A stretch of DNA of 64,000 nt from Oopsacas minuta (lineage: Eukaryota > Animalia > Porifera), in assembly GCA_024704765.1 (NCBI GenBank), contig JAKMXF010000122.1, positions 705,068 through 769,067 of the forward strand. Reading direction: 5' to 3'. The notes below the pieces were generated by a model that saw only the letters and a program-made list of their open reading frames with translations, searched no databases and had not been told where the DNA came from. The stretch's first letter is position 1. Every line of letters starts with the position of its first letter. Shown here piece after piece: positions 27,901-42,900 of this stretch. The position numbers and the translations under genes were made by a program.

Positions 27901-30900
27901 AGAAAATATATCCAAAATGTTTAGAAAATGATCTTTGATTTGATCAATGTTTGTAAAATGATTGGCGACATGGCCTACTATATACACAACTAGCTAAGCA
28001 AAGAATTGTCAAAATACTTTCCAGGCCATTGAATATATTCACTTTGATCATGAAGAATTGAAGTTATAATTACAAATTCAGCTGTATATAGATTTCCACA
28101 TACGGTGGAGATATCTAGAATACTTTGGAATCTGCTTTCCAAGTCATTTTAACCACAATGACGTAATCAAAGTTTACCTTCAATAATGGTAATTATTTTA
28201 CTAATAAATACCAATATTATCAAAAAACCCACAAATCCCATGAAATGAATCATGATTCGTATTAACTTAGCACAAAAACACAATAGAAATACTGTATTAA
28301 AATAAACTAATAAAAATGGGTAACAATATGACTTATTTTGTGTTCGCATACATTTTTTAATGGAATTTCTTGGATATTGTATTTAATTTTTAATGTTGTT
28401 TTTACGACGAATATCGCTAAAATGAGGATTTAACGAGTGTTTATGAAAACGAAGATCATCTTTTGGTTACTTAAACTAACATTTAACAAGTAGAAGGTAT
28501 TTTGATAAAAAGGATTCGTTTATGTTTTGAGAGGTTTTGAGAGTTTCTGAAAAATTGATAAAAATTACCATATATGGGCATGAAAATTTATTGCGTCATT
28601 GTGGTTAATATAACTTAGAAAGCATATTCAAAGTATTCTAGATGTCTCCCGAATCCTATATACGGTTGAATTTGTAATGATAACTTCAATCCTTCATGAT
28701 CAAACAGAATATAATCAATGCCCTGGATATTATTTTGGTAATTCTTTGCTTAGCTAGTCGTGTATATAGTAGGCCATGTCGGCGATCATCCTCCGATGTG
28801 AAAACTATATCGCGATTGGGATTTAACTTACTAGCTAAGATTGGAGCGTTATCATTAACGTTATTAAGAGTGATAATCAGCGGAACAGTATCAGAGAAAG
28901 TGCCATCAGTAGCAGTTACAGAAAGCATGAGTATGTTCAAGGTTTCATAGTCCAGACTTTGAGATGCTGATATAACTCCTGTAAGAGAATCTACATCTAT
29001 CAATTGTTTCGGGTTGCCTGTAGCTCCTACTGCATTGTCAAGCGAGTATGTAATTTGAGTATTCTCATCTCCATTTGTCTCTTCAGCAGACACAATAAGG
29101 ATTTCGGTAGCTGTAAATAAATATAGATAAACTTGATATTCACTGATTCATATATTATGAATCCATAAATTAGAGTATAATAGTTGTAAACAAATATACA
29201 GAAGTCAAACCTGTTGCATGACTCTCATCGATAGTTGCTTGATAGCTTCTATTAGTAAACCTAGGTCCGATATCATTTTCATCATTAATCGTAATAGTTA
29301 TTGATGCTGTATTTGATCGATTCCCAGTATCTGTGGCTGCAATATTAAGTGTAATCTCAGAAAATTCTTCTCGATCAATAGGATTACCTATGAAGTGGAG
29401 TGAACGAATTAAAACAGCAAAATGTGTCCATAATTGCATTTGCATATCCATATCTGGATATGTATAACTATTACTCCTATAGTACAAGGTTATCAAATGG
29501 CTACACGGAGGAGGTTATGACTTAAATCTAATCCGGAATCAGCATACTGAAAATGACTGGAACAACTCAACTTCGCAAGGATACAGAGCCCAGTGTATTC
29601 AATTAATATAGATACTCAGGAGTATAGCCGATGTATAGTATACACAGGGTTCGACTGTATGGTGGAAATTACTTAAGGGCTCTGTGAATGAGAATCTTGT
29701 TTCAGCTCCACATGAAATCCACCTGAGCCTGCGGACGGGCGACTCATGATTATTATCTCATTATTTTGTGACGTAGCAGCGGAAAAAATTGGTCGATTCA
29801 CAAAAATCCAAACTGGTAAAAGTCAAAATTTCTAAGATAATATGCTACTATACAAGGAACTGATCTCTATTGTATTATTTGCTAATATATATATCGTTTA
29901 GCTGAAAGATATCGAGTAAATGGTGCCGTAGCCAAAACAGATGCTGGCGGTGAAGCTGAAACATGTTTCCAACTAACAGTAGCCTAATGGTAAAATCAAG
30001 TGGAATGAAATATTCGGGATCCAATCAAGCAACATAGATAAATAAAATGGTAAATAATTATCCTAATATCTGACAAGGGTGTCAATCAGATTATGGGTTA
30101 TTTTGCCCTGACCAACAATTATAAATCTCAAATGTTGTTTGTTTATTTGTTTGTTCTTTGTCGAGGAAAGGATTTATGGTATGCAATTTTAAATATTCAT
30201 TTATCGTGTCCATCAAGAAAGTAAATAGTATTCAACAAAACCTCACTAACTATATCCAACATGCTGAATCCGATTTTAACACTTTTAGATTTAAAGTAAA
30301 CAATTTTCTAATTAATCCTAGAAACTTGCATTGCTTTTGAAATTTACATAGAAAAGTATAAAATATGACTAATCACCAAAAAAGATGTGAAATATTCACT
30401 TTAGAATAAAATTCATACCCGAGATACAAATCTCAGACCAACAATGTATATGTATACAAATTTCAAGTGAATCCGACTGCTAGATTTCGTACGGCCACGG
30501 GACGTCACACATTTCCATGCCATTAGGGCACATCCCAGGGCCGTAGCCAGAGCGTAGTGTTAGGAGGGGCTAAGTAAACTTTAGGGGGGGCTTGGATGCT
30601 TGAGATTTTTATATCATCTTTTGGAGTAGGCCCATACCCAAACTCACAAGCTACTTTGGGAAGGTAAAATTACTTAGTTCATAAATATTCAGACAACTCT
30701 GGGGACTTATTAACTAAATTCTAAGAATTATTCTTAACTTAATTCTAAGTGTATTTCTAAGGATAATTCTAAGAATTAATGAAATATTCTTAGTTTTCAT
30801 TATGAATTCTGAACTTGGTTATACTTAACGAATTCTAAGAATAATTCTTAGAATTAAGCAATTCTACTTGATTGATTCTTTGCTTTTGATTAATAAAATT

Positions 30901-33900
30901 TATGACAATTCATTCGACTTCGATCGCTTTTTGAGAAGATACGTACATAGTAGAAAATATAATCCTTATACCTGTATTCTTGATTTATCATGAATGAGAT
31001 CCACGAGTGACATTATCTCATACTGAGTAAAATTCTTTGAACGAATTTTCGATTTTTCAGTGGTCATAATGCGAGCGATTGGTAAGATATTATCATAATT
31101 AGTTAACATTTTATTATTATTTATACTTATAACTAAAGATGATAATATACGTAAATGGATAAAATTGCACAGATTGCGTATATTTTTGCAGGGCGTCACT
31201 CAAATGACATTGAATTTATTTACCTTAGTTTAGGTACAACACTATTATGTTTCAAAATATATGAGATATAATTACATAAATACATTTATGGATGTCATAA
31301 TACAATTCAGAGTGACATCAAGAAATAGTATCTAAATATAGTTGGTATGTAGTTCGACTAGTTCTATGCTGCGGTTATTACAACATGTGGATATGATAAT
31401 CAAACGTATCGTCTTAAGCGATTAACAATCTTCTTTGTAAATAAATACATATTTTATTATAATTTCATAGAAAAGTTGAATAAATTATAAGTTAAGTGTC
31501 CTCTTTACCTCACTAAACATTTTTCTTAGAATTAGACTAATTCTAAGAATTTCACTTAAAGTTAAGCAAAATTCTAAGAATTTGGCTTAAGAATTTTAGT
31601 TAATAAGGCCCAAGGGCATTCTATAGTTTCGCTTAGTAATCGTAAAATGTATCAAACTGGAAGGAATATATGTTGTGGTCATATAACAACAAAAAATATA
31701 ATTTCAATGGTCGCTGTAAAAGGATCCATATAATTAAGTATATTTACTAGCAAGAGGAATTAGATAACTAAATGTATAGTCAATTTGACATATTCACAAA
31801 GATTTCCTTGATTTAACTAATATTGAAGATCTAAGATAGTAAAGATCAATATAGCTAAGCAAAAATTTACGGGGTGGTTAAATTTGCTAAGAGGGCTCAG
31901 CCCCCCCTAGCCCTCCCCTAGCTACGGCCCTGACACCTCCCTATATGGAGCTGCACTGAAAATGTGTTATCCATGGACTCTACTATAAACTCAAAAACGA
32001 GACAACAGTATTATTAGAAATTATTAGAGCATTTCAGTTACTGAATTTGAAATGAAAGAAGCAATAACAATAATTCAGACAAATATGCGGATTTTCTGCA
32101 ATATTGTTGAAGGTTCCCTAGTCCAAAATCCATAAATTACTGAGGCAATAAGTATAGTGACTATGATACAACAAATACAATCAACTTACTTGTAGCAAGA
32201 ACTCCTGTATCTGCATCAATAACGAAGTAATTGGATATATTAGAGAGGTGAATAGGGTTAGATGCAGTGATAGAAAAATAGAATTGATTGTTAGGGCTGG
32301 TTCTATCACCGTCTGAAGCACTAAATGTAAATATATTAGAATAATCAGTGTTCTCATCAATAGACAATGATACATTATCGATCAGAAATTTGGGACTCAA
32401 GTCATTCAGATCGTTCACTCTCACAATAATCTTAGCTAATGAACAGAGTGGAGGAATTCCTTGATCACAAGCGATAACAGCAAATCTGTAAAATTCGAAC
32501 TGTTCGGCATCTAACATCATCATAATAGATGTAGATACTGTGATATCGCCATTGCTAGGGTGTACAACAAAATAATTATCATCATCACCGCTCTTAGAAT
32601 ACTTAATAGTTGCGTTAACTGTATCTAGATCTGTGGCATTGACAGTACCTAAAATAAACCAAAATCATCATGTCTAGTAGAACGTCTATAAGTCGGTAAT
32701 TTGGGCAGGCGAATATACTGGCATTCCCAAATTCACATTTATTAATATAATAGTAGTGAATGTTTGGTAGGGAAAATCGGTACTCAAATTTGGATTATTA
32801 TTCAAACCCCGATATAGTAGAACCTCTATAAGTGGTGTGGTCGGGCCGGTGAATCTCCTGATAAAACTCGATTCGCATGTATAATTTCAAATGTATATGT
32901 CCTTGAACGAGACATATTTGAGCCAATATGTACAAAGAATTCCTCCAATGACTGTATTCCAATGATTATTATGATATGCCTTAAGGTTTAATACAAATAC
33001 GTATAAATCGTATTCACGGAATAGATGATAAACATTCAAGTCAGTGTATAATAATAGGAATTCTTAAAAAGAAAAGAATTATCAAATCAAATAACAATGT
33101 CAACATCTACCAGTAAATAGAAATTTTTTGACTTGGTACTATCTCCAAAATGAATTATTCGTGTTGAGGAACAACTTTAGAAAGTGTGAAAATTCTATGT
33201 AGAAATGAATGATTAAAGTCAAAAGAGACTCGACTGATAATTTTGATATTTTTAAATTGAGCCAAAAGACAGAATTTGAGTTACATTATTGTATAATTCA
33301 CACATTTTATACATATATAAATGTTTTGACAAATCCACAAGTCTGAACGAGATACAATAAGATATCAGTTTATATTAAATTAGAATATGACAGGTGTTGT
33401 AAAAGGGAGTGGTATCAAAACCTAGCACAGTACAGAGACTTCAATTCTGATTGAATAACTGGTTTTCTATTAATGACACGCCAGATGTGACTAGAAAACG
33501 TCCATAAATATTGTCAAATAGTTTTCCCATGCATATGATCAGATTTCAAACTATATCGCCAGTATGTATGTATATGTAACATATATTTAGTGGTTTTCGG
33601 GAGTGGGTGGAGAAAACATGCGTTCGGAAAACCGATGGCCTACTGTATTATAGAGTCAAATTCTAGTACTAGGAAATCCCTACATTAGGTGTGTTATCTA
33701 GTAATTCTAAATTTAACACTCCACATCATGTAAAGAAATGGACAAACAACTCGATTTCTACTATACATCAATTTATATGAATATGCACCTCTGTGTCTGC
33801 TGTTTAGTAGTTAACTACTACTATTATTCTATTAAGCTATTATTTAAGATGTACTTAAGTACTAAAGAACAAAATGGGAGATCTGTATTTATCGTTAGAT

Positions 33901-36900
33901 TCGTTGTTTTAAAAGTATTCTAAGTAGAGAACGCTCGAAAATTGGAGTCAAACTAGCTCATTTGTCTTTGTCTCGTCTATATAATCAATATGGCAGAGAG
34001 AATATTGGGGAACCAACAATCTGGAGATCAGAAGATTATCTAAGCCGCATAGGCGGACGCATGGAGGGGGTCCAGGGGGTCCGGACCCCCCCTTTTTTCA
34101 ATTTTTGCTCTAAAGACTATATATTATTTTAGAGTTGATAAATAGCGAATCTATCTTTCATCCTTTTGATTACACGAATCTTATTTAATAACACATAGTT
34201 TCTCATTTTATATTCACCTAAATATTCACTAATCACCCACAGTCGTTTGGACAATTACTTATGTATTATAACCCTCTACTAATTTGTTATTTGTATCAAT
34301 CATTAGCACGTTGCTATGAAAAAGAGAACTGTTCCTCCTTTGCCCAGAACACTTATGGAGTTCGGCATAACAAAGCGATAAGGATTAGCAATATAAATGA
34401 CTCAGAAGAGTATGATACAATCGAACCTTCTTCATTTCATTTCGATCATTTACAAGTTCCTGATACTCCTAATAATCTAGTAGAATGTCCCAGTAATTCA
34501 TGAGCTACAATAACTGAATTCCAAGTCCTATCTCCAGATATTACAAATTTAGCCCCTCAAGATCCAGGGGTTATTGAGTCCGTTTCTCCCATAACACAAT
34601 ATGATGTTGGAGATATCTTACTCGGCAAAGTAATCCGAGAAGACCTCACTAATGATGAAAAGGTCAATTATATTTCACACCATTTCACTCCTGGGAAGAA
34701 ATTTGACTTATTTATAACCCAGTCAATAGTTCGTGGAAAGACACAGCAAAAGAAAGTTCTTGTCTTCCAACACTCTTGGCCTGATCGATATAGATGGTTG
34801 GTTTATAGTATTTCTGTTGGTGGAGGACTCTGTAAATTCTGCATTCTCTTCTCATCTGAAAAGGACAAGAGGAAATATTGTGGGGTGCTTGTAAACAGAC
34901 CTTTCATAAACCTTGTCAAAGCTACAGGGAAAGGTGATATTTTGGAACATCATCAACGCCTCCAATATCACAAAGATGCCGTTCAGAATGGTTTAGTATT
35001 ACTACAGCATCAAAAGCATCCAGAAACAGATCTATCATTAGTTATCAGTCGTGCCACAAGGAATCATATTCCATGAACTTACATATTTTAAAGAGTATTG
35101 TTGAAGCTGTGATATTTTGTGGGAAACAAAATCTACCACTAAGGGGGCATAGGGATTCCCATAATAGTTTATCTTCTAACAAAGGAAACTTGTGGGCAAT
35201 TCTCGAGGTGATGTCTAGGCGTGATCCTATTCTACAGAAACATCTAGAAATGGGAAAGAAAAATGCACAATATACTTCAAAAGCAATCCAAAACGAAATT
35301 GTTGACATTGTTGCCGAGTATATCAGGAAGGAGAACACCCGAACGCTAGAAAATGATATTTCCTTCTTCTCCATTATGGGTGATGAGGTTACAGATCCAC
35401 ATAGCAACCAGGAGATTCTCTCAGTTTGCCTGAGAATGCTTGATAAAACAAATATTAAAGAGTTTTTCTTTGATTTTGTGTATCCAGAGAGAGCAACTGG
35501 GGAGTCAATTGCAATGGCTATTATCGAAAGTCTAAAAAAGCATCACATCGATATAAATAAGGCTAGGGGTCAATGTTATGGCGGCGCATCATGTATGTCC
35601 TCAAACAATGTTGGAGTCCAAGCAAGGATAAAACAGGTATCTCCCTTCGCACTATATGTGCACTGCCACAGTCATGTACTTAATCTGAGTATAGCTAGTG
35701 CATGCAAACTACCTACAATCAGGAACATGATTGATACCCTAAATTCCATTTTCCTATTCTTTGATTTGTCCCCTAAAAGACAGTGATTCTATGAAATAAT
35801 ATTTGATAGTTTCGCACCAGATTTGACCAAAAAAAGCTTGTAGGACTTTGCAAGACCCGTTGGGTAGAAAGGCACACATGCTATGATACTTTCTATACAA
35901 TGTATGAGTTCTTATGTGAATGTTTTGAAGCGATGTTAAATCCATCTAGTTATCCACAAATCTATGACGGTATCTGGAGGAATAACTGGGACCAGGAAAC
36001 GAGAATAAAGGCACGTGGATTACTTTTAAATCTTGAATCTTCAGAAACCATAATAGCCTTTATTGTAGCGAAGAATGTTTCGGAGAATATAAGACCTATC
36101 GCCTCCAAATTACAGAAGAGGGATTTGGATATCTACCATGCATATAACATGATCGACGAGACAAAGAAACGAATCGAAACGTTACGATTTGAAATAGAAG
36201 CTGAGTTTAATGTATGGTACAAAGAAGCAACACACTTGTTTAGGAAGCTTGGAATTACCATACAATCCCCAAGAATTATTGGCTCTGGTAGGCAGATACA
36301 CAGAGCAAATGCGCCCAGTACTTGCCCAAAGGAATACTATTTACGCAATTTGGCAATCCCATTTGTTGATCATTTATTAGTAGAATTGGATAATAGATTC
36401 AAAAAATCAAGCAGACAAGGAGTAGAGATACTTGCATTACTTCCTGGCTCTATCGCATTGCAAGGCGTGGATATACAACTAGTTGTAGATAATCTATTGT
36501 TTTGGGAGGCAGATCTTCCATTTTCTTCCTCACTTCGGTTTGAGGTGAAAGAGTGGCAACGTTATTGGAGATCTAAAGAGCCCATACCGTCTTCAATAAC
36601 ACCTGTCAGAATGTATAAGTCACGCAGACGAGGATACTTTCCCAAATATATTCACTCTCTTGAAAATAGGATGTACTCTCCCAGTAGGAAGTTGTGAGGC
36701 GGAGCGCTCGTTCTCGTGCCTTCGTAAGGTGAAGACCTATCTTCGAAGTACAATTGGACAAGAGCGACTATCTGGCCTTACTCTAATGAACATGAACCAC
36801 AGTATGGAAATCAGTCTGGAAGGATTTGCCAGATGTTCATAGGAAGGCACAAACGTAGAATGTTTTCTAGTTCTATACTCTACGATTAGAATTCATTACA

Positions 36901-39900
36901 AATTTAACTTCAATTTTGGTAGAAATTTAGATGTTATTTTGCCTATCACCTATATTTATGATACTAGCTAGTTAATTTTAAGATTTTCACTCAATATTTG
37001 GAAATTTGGAATTGACACGTTTGGAATAAGTTTTTATGACCTAGACCCATTAGTACCGGAAGTTGGTGTAGATGAATGTACTCCACCCCGGCCCATATTA
37101 TGGTGATCTTTCAAGGGCCGAAGACCTTTGACCCGACCTACATTGTCAGAAATCTTGCGAATCCTAAGGTGTAGTAATTACGTAGTAAAGTGAAAGATTT
37201 CGAGATTCAAAGTTTTCTGACAGTAGAAAAGCAGCTAATGTTATGGAAAATAGTGTTGTCGTCTAGGGGCTTTGTCCCTGGACCCCACTGGGGGGCTAAC
37301 AGCGCCTCCCAGACCCCCAGCTGGGTGGTGGTATCCTTTCACAAAATCCTTGGACCCCCTCTTTATAAAATTCCTAGATCCGCCTATGTAAGCCCCCTAG
37401 TGGGTTGTAGAGTCAAGGTAATATATTCTAGCCTATACGGCTAGATTTAAACTCTCTAATAATTTCTGCCTAGTTACTAGGGATACACGCCTGTTACAGG
37501 GGTTAAATAGATAATATAGATTGTATTGAGGGAATTCGCTTAGAAAGCTGAAAAAAATATTTTAAGACTTAACTCTTTGTAAATAATCTAAAATACTGAA
37601 TAAACTCACCAACAAATGTTCCTAGTTCATTCTCATTAGCAAAAAATTCGTATTCTGATTTAGAAAATATAGGAGCATTATTGTTTACATCTAAAACAGT
37701 TACATTAACCACTTCTGAATCAGTATTAGTGCCATCAGTAACTTCTATAGTAAGAGTGTATGGCGAAGATGCAAATTCGAGGGTTTCATTAGTGGATATC
37801 TGAGCGGTTATTAGAGTAGGCGTGGGAGAGCCAGTAATGGTTAAGATGAATGCTACATTAGCACCTTGCTAATAAAAGAGACAAGATAATAAATAAAAAA
37901 TATGGAAATTAGGAAACCTCATTTAAAAATTATGTACTATTCATTAGGAAAAATGAAAATAGAATAATAAATTGATAATTTAGCTTCGATTAGGGCAAAA
38001 CAACGAGCAAGTCCACTCTATTAGTCAGGTTCACAAAATAGCGGGTCTTCTTAGGGGAAATGTAATACTATATATTTTTGGATAGCTTATAACCAAAGGA
38101 CTTAGAAACCATTGTTACCATTTCCTGATTCCAAAATTGTGACCACAAATGTCCTAACCCTATCGAGTGACCACCTGTTCGACGCCACTAGATTAGGTGA
38201 GTCTAGCTATACACATTCCTACCATTTATAAGATCTTCAAACACGATTTACGGGATCATCCCCAGGTCTAATATTTTTCTTGTAAGTTTCTCGGATATTT
38301 CTTACAGATACAAAATATCATAGTCTGTTTTGGTTGGTTGAATAACGTGATATATATCTTAACTATAAAGTTTACATTTATAGTAAAAATATCTCACAAA
38401 AAAAGAGAATTAGGTTATGAACCTGTTAGAAAATGAAAAACTAGTTATGTCGCGGGGGCCGATCCAGCCAAATCTTGTTTAAAGAACAGAGAGGATCGAT
38501 ATGTGTATAACTAAATTTCACTGGATTAGAGGCGTAGAACGAGGGGTCACTCAATTGGGTTAGCACAAAATTTGAGAATGGAATGTTGTCACATTTTCGT
38601 GTTGCTCGGGAAAAATATCGAAATATATTCAAGTGGCCACTCAAACGACGGGAAATTTCACTGATTACTGATATCAACATAAACATTAGTTTCGAATTGA
38701 ACCGAAAGAGTCACAAGCATTTTAATATCTACAAAATCTGCCAAAAGTGACTCTTTTAAGTGGTTGAAAACAAAACCCCCAAGGGTGACAAATGTTATCC
38801 CGCAGTTTCTTGAAAGATAAACAATCCATATTGCAAAAATACATTATAGACGCATATTCCATGTCATCGACTGGTGCTGCCGGAATATCAAATTTGGCTG
38901 CTAAATTCATACCCAAAATGTAGATTGACAATTTAGAGTCAAATGGCAATTTAAAGGGTAGATATATGTATAAATAGACTCAGCTAGCCTAGTGGCGTCG
39001 AAGAAGGGGTCACAAAGTTTGAGAATGGAATGTTGTGACATTCCTGAGGGAATCTTGCATTGCTAGGATAAAATCTCGAAATATGGTCAAGTGACCACTT
39101 GAACGACGGGAAATTTTACACTGAGGTCAAATATCGACATCAAATGGATTCACATGAAATAGTGCACGTTGTATACATTTTAAGGTTTAATATTAACAAA
39201 AGCTATGTAATAATTTCTATTCATTTGTGGTCCTATTTTCGGATTAGGAAATGGCAACATTGGTTTTCAATTCATTGGGTCATAAGCTACCCAAAATATA
39301 TAGTAGGTATTACATATCCCCTAAGATTCCCCAACGAACCATGTTTTTCGGAGTGATTAATTTCAAAATGTGAAATATGGATATAATCATAAGACTTTGG
39401 ATAATGAATTGAAATTGACTAGGATTCTATAAATTTTGAAGGTGAGAAATAATAGAATTCTGTTTTCCTAGGAATGAGAAAATTGATAAATCGGATTTCG
39501 GAACCAAGAAATATAAGGAAGTAGAAAGAAATTAAATAAACTACCATGATAGAGAGAGACAGTGGTGTAGTCAGGCCTATGTCTTTATCAAGAGCAGATA
39601 TAGAAAATACAATGCTCCCTACAGGCAGATCCTCATTTATGGTTTGTGCTCCAATAGATGCTAACACTGGAGAGTTATTGTTTATATCATTAACCTCAAT
39701 GGTGAGCACAAAGGAACCGGTACGTCTCTCTGATTCAATAACAGCTTGATCTGTAGCAATTATTGTTATTGTATATTCAGATATAGTATTGAAATCCAAT
39801 GAATTCACTAGTTGCAATTCCCCAGTATCTGGATCCAAAGTAAAATCATTAACCAACGTCTGTAGCGAGTATTTCACCTGAAGAAAATAGATGTCATAAT

Positions 39901-42900
39901 AAATCAGGAGCCGGAGATATAAGTACTAGTAAAGTATACAAAGACTTCAGTGATGGCAGCTTTAAACCGGGCTGGGTAACCCCTTTTGTAGGTTAAACCT
40001 CATTCTAAGTGAAACAGGAGATTATGTGTGGCTCAGAGATGGTATCAAACTAGTTACTTATTTGTCATCGTAAACCAGGAGGGTCCCTTCTGTTTTACTG
40101 GTGACAATCATTAATTATATCTATTTGTAGTAGTTGGCAGTTTAATTAAAAATGCAGTCTATGAACTAATATTAATATCTACATTTAACGTGTTTACGCA
40201 GTTCTATGGCTGAACCCAGTTAAACCCCGTTTAAACCTACTTAATCTGGGTTAAATTCCACTGTGATAACCTCAGAGAAGTTGAGGACCTCTCTACAAAG
40301 TACAACAGCCCTACTCTCAATACATCGATATTCGGAGATTCTACTATAAACGTAAACAATGGATTCGATAATATATTTCTATCCTAGTCTTATAAATGCT
40401 ACAGTCAAGGTGTAAAATCAGGAAATGTATAAATTGACTAATTGACTTTAGACAATTGGTATAATGACTGAAATATTCAGGTTATTTATAAATTCACTGA
40501 AAATAAAAGACTAAATTAAACGAATTAAGTTATTATTCACTTTGTCTGAGACAATGTTTAAGATAATTTAAATAGAGCATATGTAGCACAACATAATACA
40601 TGGATAATGTAAGAGAAAATAAGTATAACATCAATAAATGATGGAGCAAACAAGAGATATGAGATTTAAAGTGATGAGTGAAATTCAGAAGATATTTGTG
40701 AAAACTGTACATTCATCCGGATTAGTAGTATTGGATGCAACAGGAGAATAAGCTGCGTACAACTGTTCCTCAGATTTCAAGTATTTTAATACTTCCAAGT
40801 GGGACCTGCATGCAGATATTTTGACATTATCAAACGTGCTCATATTCAAACTGGTAATAGTGGTCGTTGGAAAATGGTATGGTCTTTGACCAATTATGCA
40901 AATATAACGAGAGAGTCGATTGAATTATACAAATCATTATGTGTTGAGTGTCAGAAAAAGAGAAAACGTCCAACAACAAAAGGAGTAGTTGTGAGGCCAA
41001 TTATGTCTAAAGATTATTATCACATGGGCAGGTTGATCTGATTGATATGCAATCTATGTCTTATGAATCTAATAAGTGGATCCTTAATTATCAAGACACC
41101 CGACTAAGTAATAAGTACTGCGTTTTACGCTCGTTAATTTGAAAACTAGTATCAGGAGTAGCATATCATTTAATTTATATATTTTGCTTCTTTGGTCAAT
41201 CACAAATACTGCAGAAATATAACGGGTCTGAATTCACTGCACATGTCATTGGTGAACTGACCCGATCTTTTCATGGTTCATGGTTGACCAATACATACAC
41301 ATAGTCAGGGATCTGTTTAACGCCTTTATTATAATATTCAAGACATGGTAATCGCATGGCTAGGTGAAAATTATAGCGAAGATTGGCCTAATGGCCTTCG
41401 CTTTGTCTAATTTCAGTAAAACAGTAGCTACCACTCAGGCATCAAACAATCACCATCCAAGGCGCTGTTCGGAACTGAACCACGAATTGACTACGTTCAA
41501 ATACCAAAACGGCCACAAACCATGACATCTTAAATGAAACAATGGAGAGGCCAACCAACTCCAATATCTTGCTATGGGTGTTTTAAATTCATATCCAGTT
41601 GCTGAATGTGTTACCGAATTAGTCAATACATAACATTCTATAAGGCGATTGCGGGAAAAATTCTTTGAAGTAGGGATAAGATTATGAATAAATATAATTG
41701 CAAATTAGGGAAGTATATTTGTTTCGATAATACCAAAATGGTGCACTTTTTCCCAAATATAAGTATTAATGATACTTAACAATTCAAAGTCTATACCTAC
41801 AAACTGTTTCCGGATCGAAATGACGTCATCTGAATGATTACGAAGTAATTTTGTTAACAAAATACTCCAATTTAAAGCACTGTAAAGAAATTACTATTGC
41901 CTAGCTACAAATTTACACATTTGGTTCTACGGAAGTGTTCAAACAAAATATAAAAATTCGTTATGATCAAGTTGGAGTGAGAATTATATTTAGTGACCAT
42001 GGATGACGTATTTTGGTCATCCTTTAACTATAATTTGACAACCTATATAAATATGGCCAAATCGCCTTGCAAACAGGTTCTATATACCCAACTTCCTATA
42101 CCCTGATAATACATTTTGAAGTCATATCTCAACCATTATGACGTAATCATTAAATATGCCATATATGGTCATTTTCAAGATTGTGGCAAGATGGTCTGAG
42201 ATATGAAAGGAAAAGATTGACAAAATGCGCCATCCATGGTCACTACAATAACTCTAGAATGTGCCAACTTCATCATAACAAATTTTTTACAATTTGTATG
42301 AACACATCCTTAGAACAAAATGAGTAAATTTGGTAGCTGTAAAGATAATAGTTATTTCTTTACAGTGCTTTAGTTGCTTCTTAACTTCGGATTTCGATTC
42401 GAAAAATAGTTTGTAGGTATATGCTTTGTGTATTGTTAAGTATCAAAAATACATTAATTCGGTGAAAATGCACCATTTGAATTTATCGAAACAAATAGAC
42501 TTCTCTACGTAAATATATTACAGTGGAAGCTGCTTATCCGGACAGCTCGGAAGTCAATGTATTATCCCGATTAACCGATTATGATTATTTAAATATTCAA
42601 AGACTGTAACCTAGCAGAAAGTAAGTACTGCAACCTCAATTATCCCTACTCCATAGAACCATGCCGATTCGATTACAATTTACAAAACTAGGATTAATAA
42701 CTTTGCTCATTTGCCTAAGGTCCCATTGCCTATTCCACCGTGTATAAATTGCCTCAATTTTGGGATAGAAATCCAATTTAGCGAATATAATTTTCATATT
42801 AGGTTAATGGGATAAGAAATCCCGATTAACCGATTCGATGTCCCAATTATCCGCCGATTTTTCTATGTAAAAAATCTGTTCCCAAACTATTGTCCCGATT

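Noticed and set aside
35045-35945. Minus-strand ORFs 35045-35407 and 35754-35945
   Set aside because: Shadows of the hAT transposase.
612-39749. Plus-strand ORFs over cadherin exons (612-911, 1658-1981, 16013-16246, 28696-28950, 39546-39749)
   Set aside because: Antisense shadows of stop-poor cadherin codons; no domain features.
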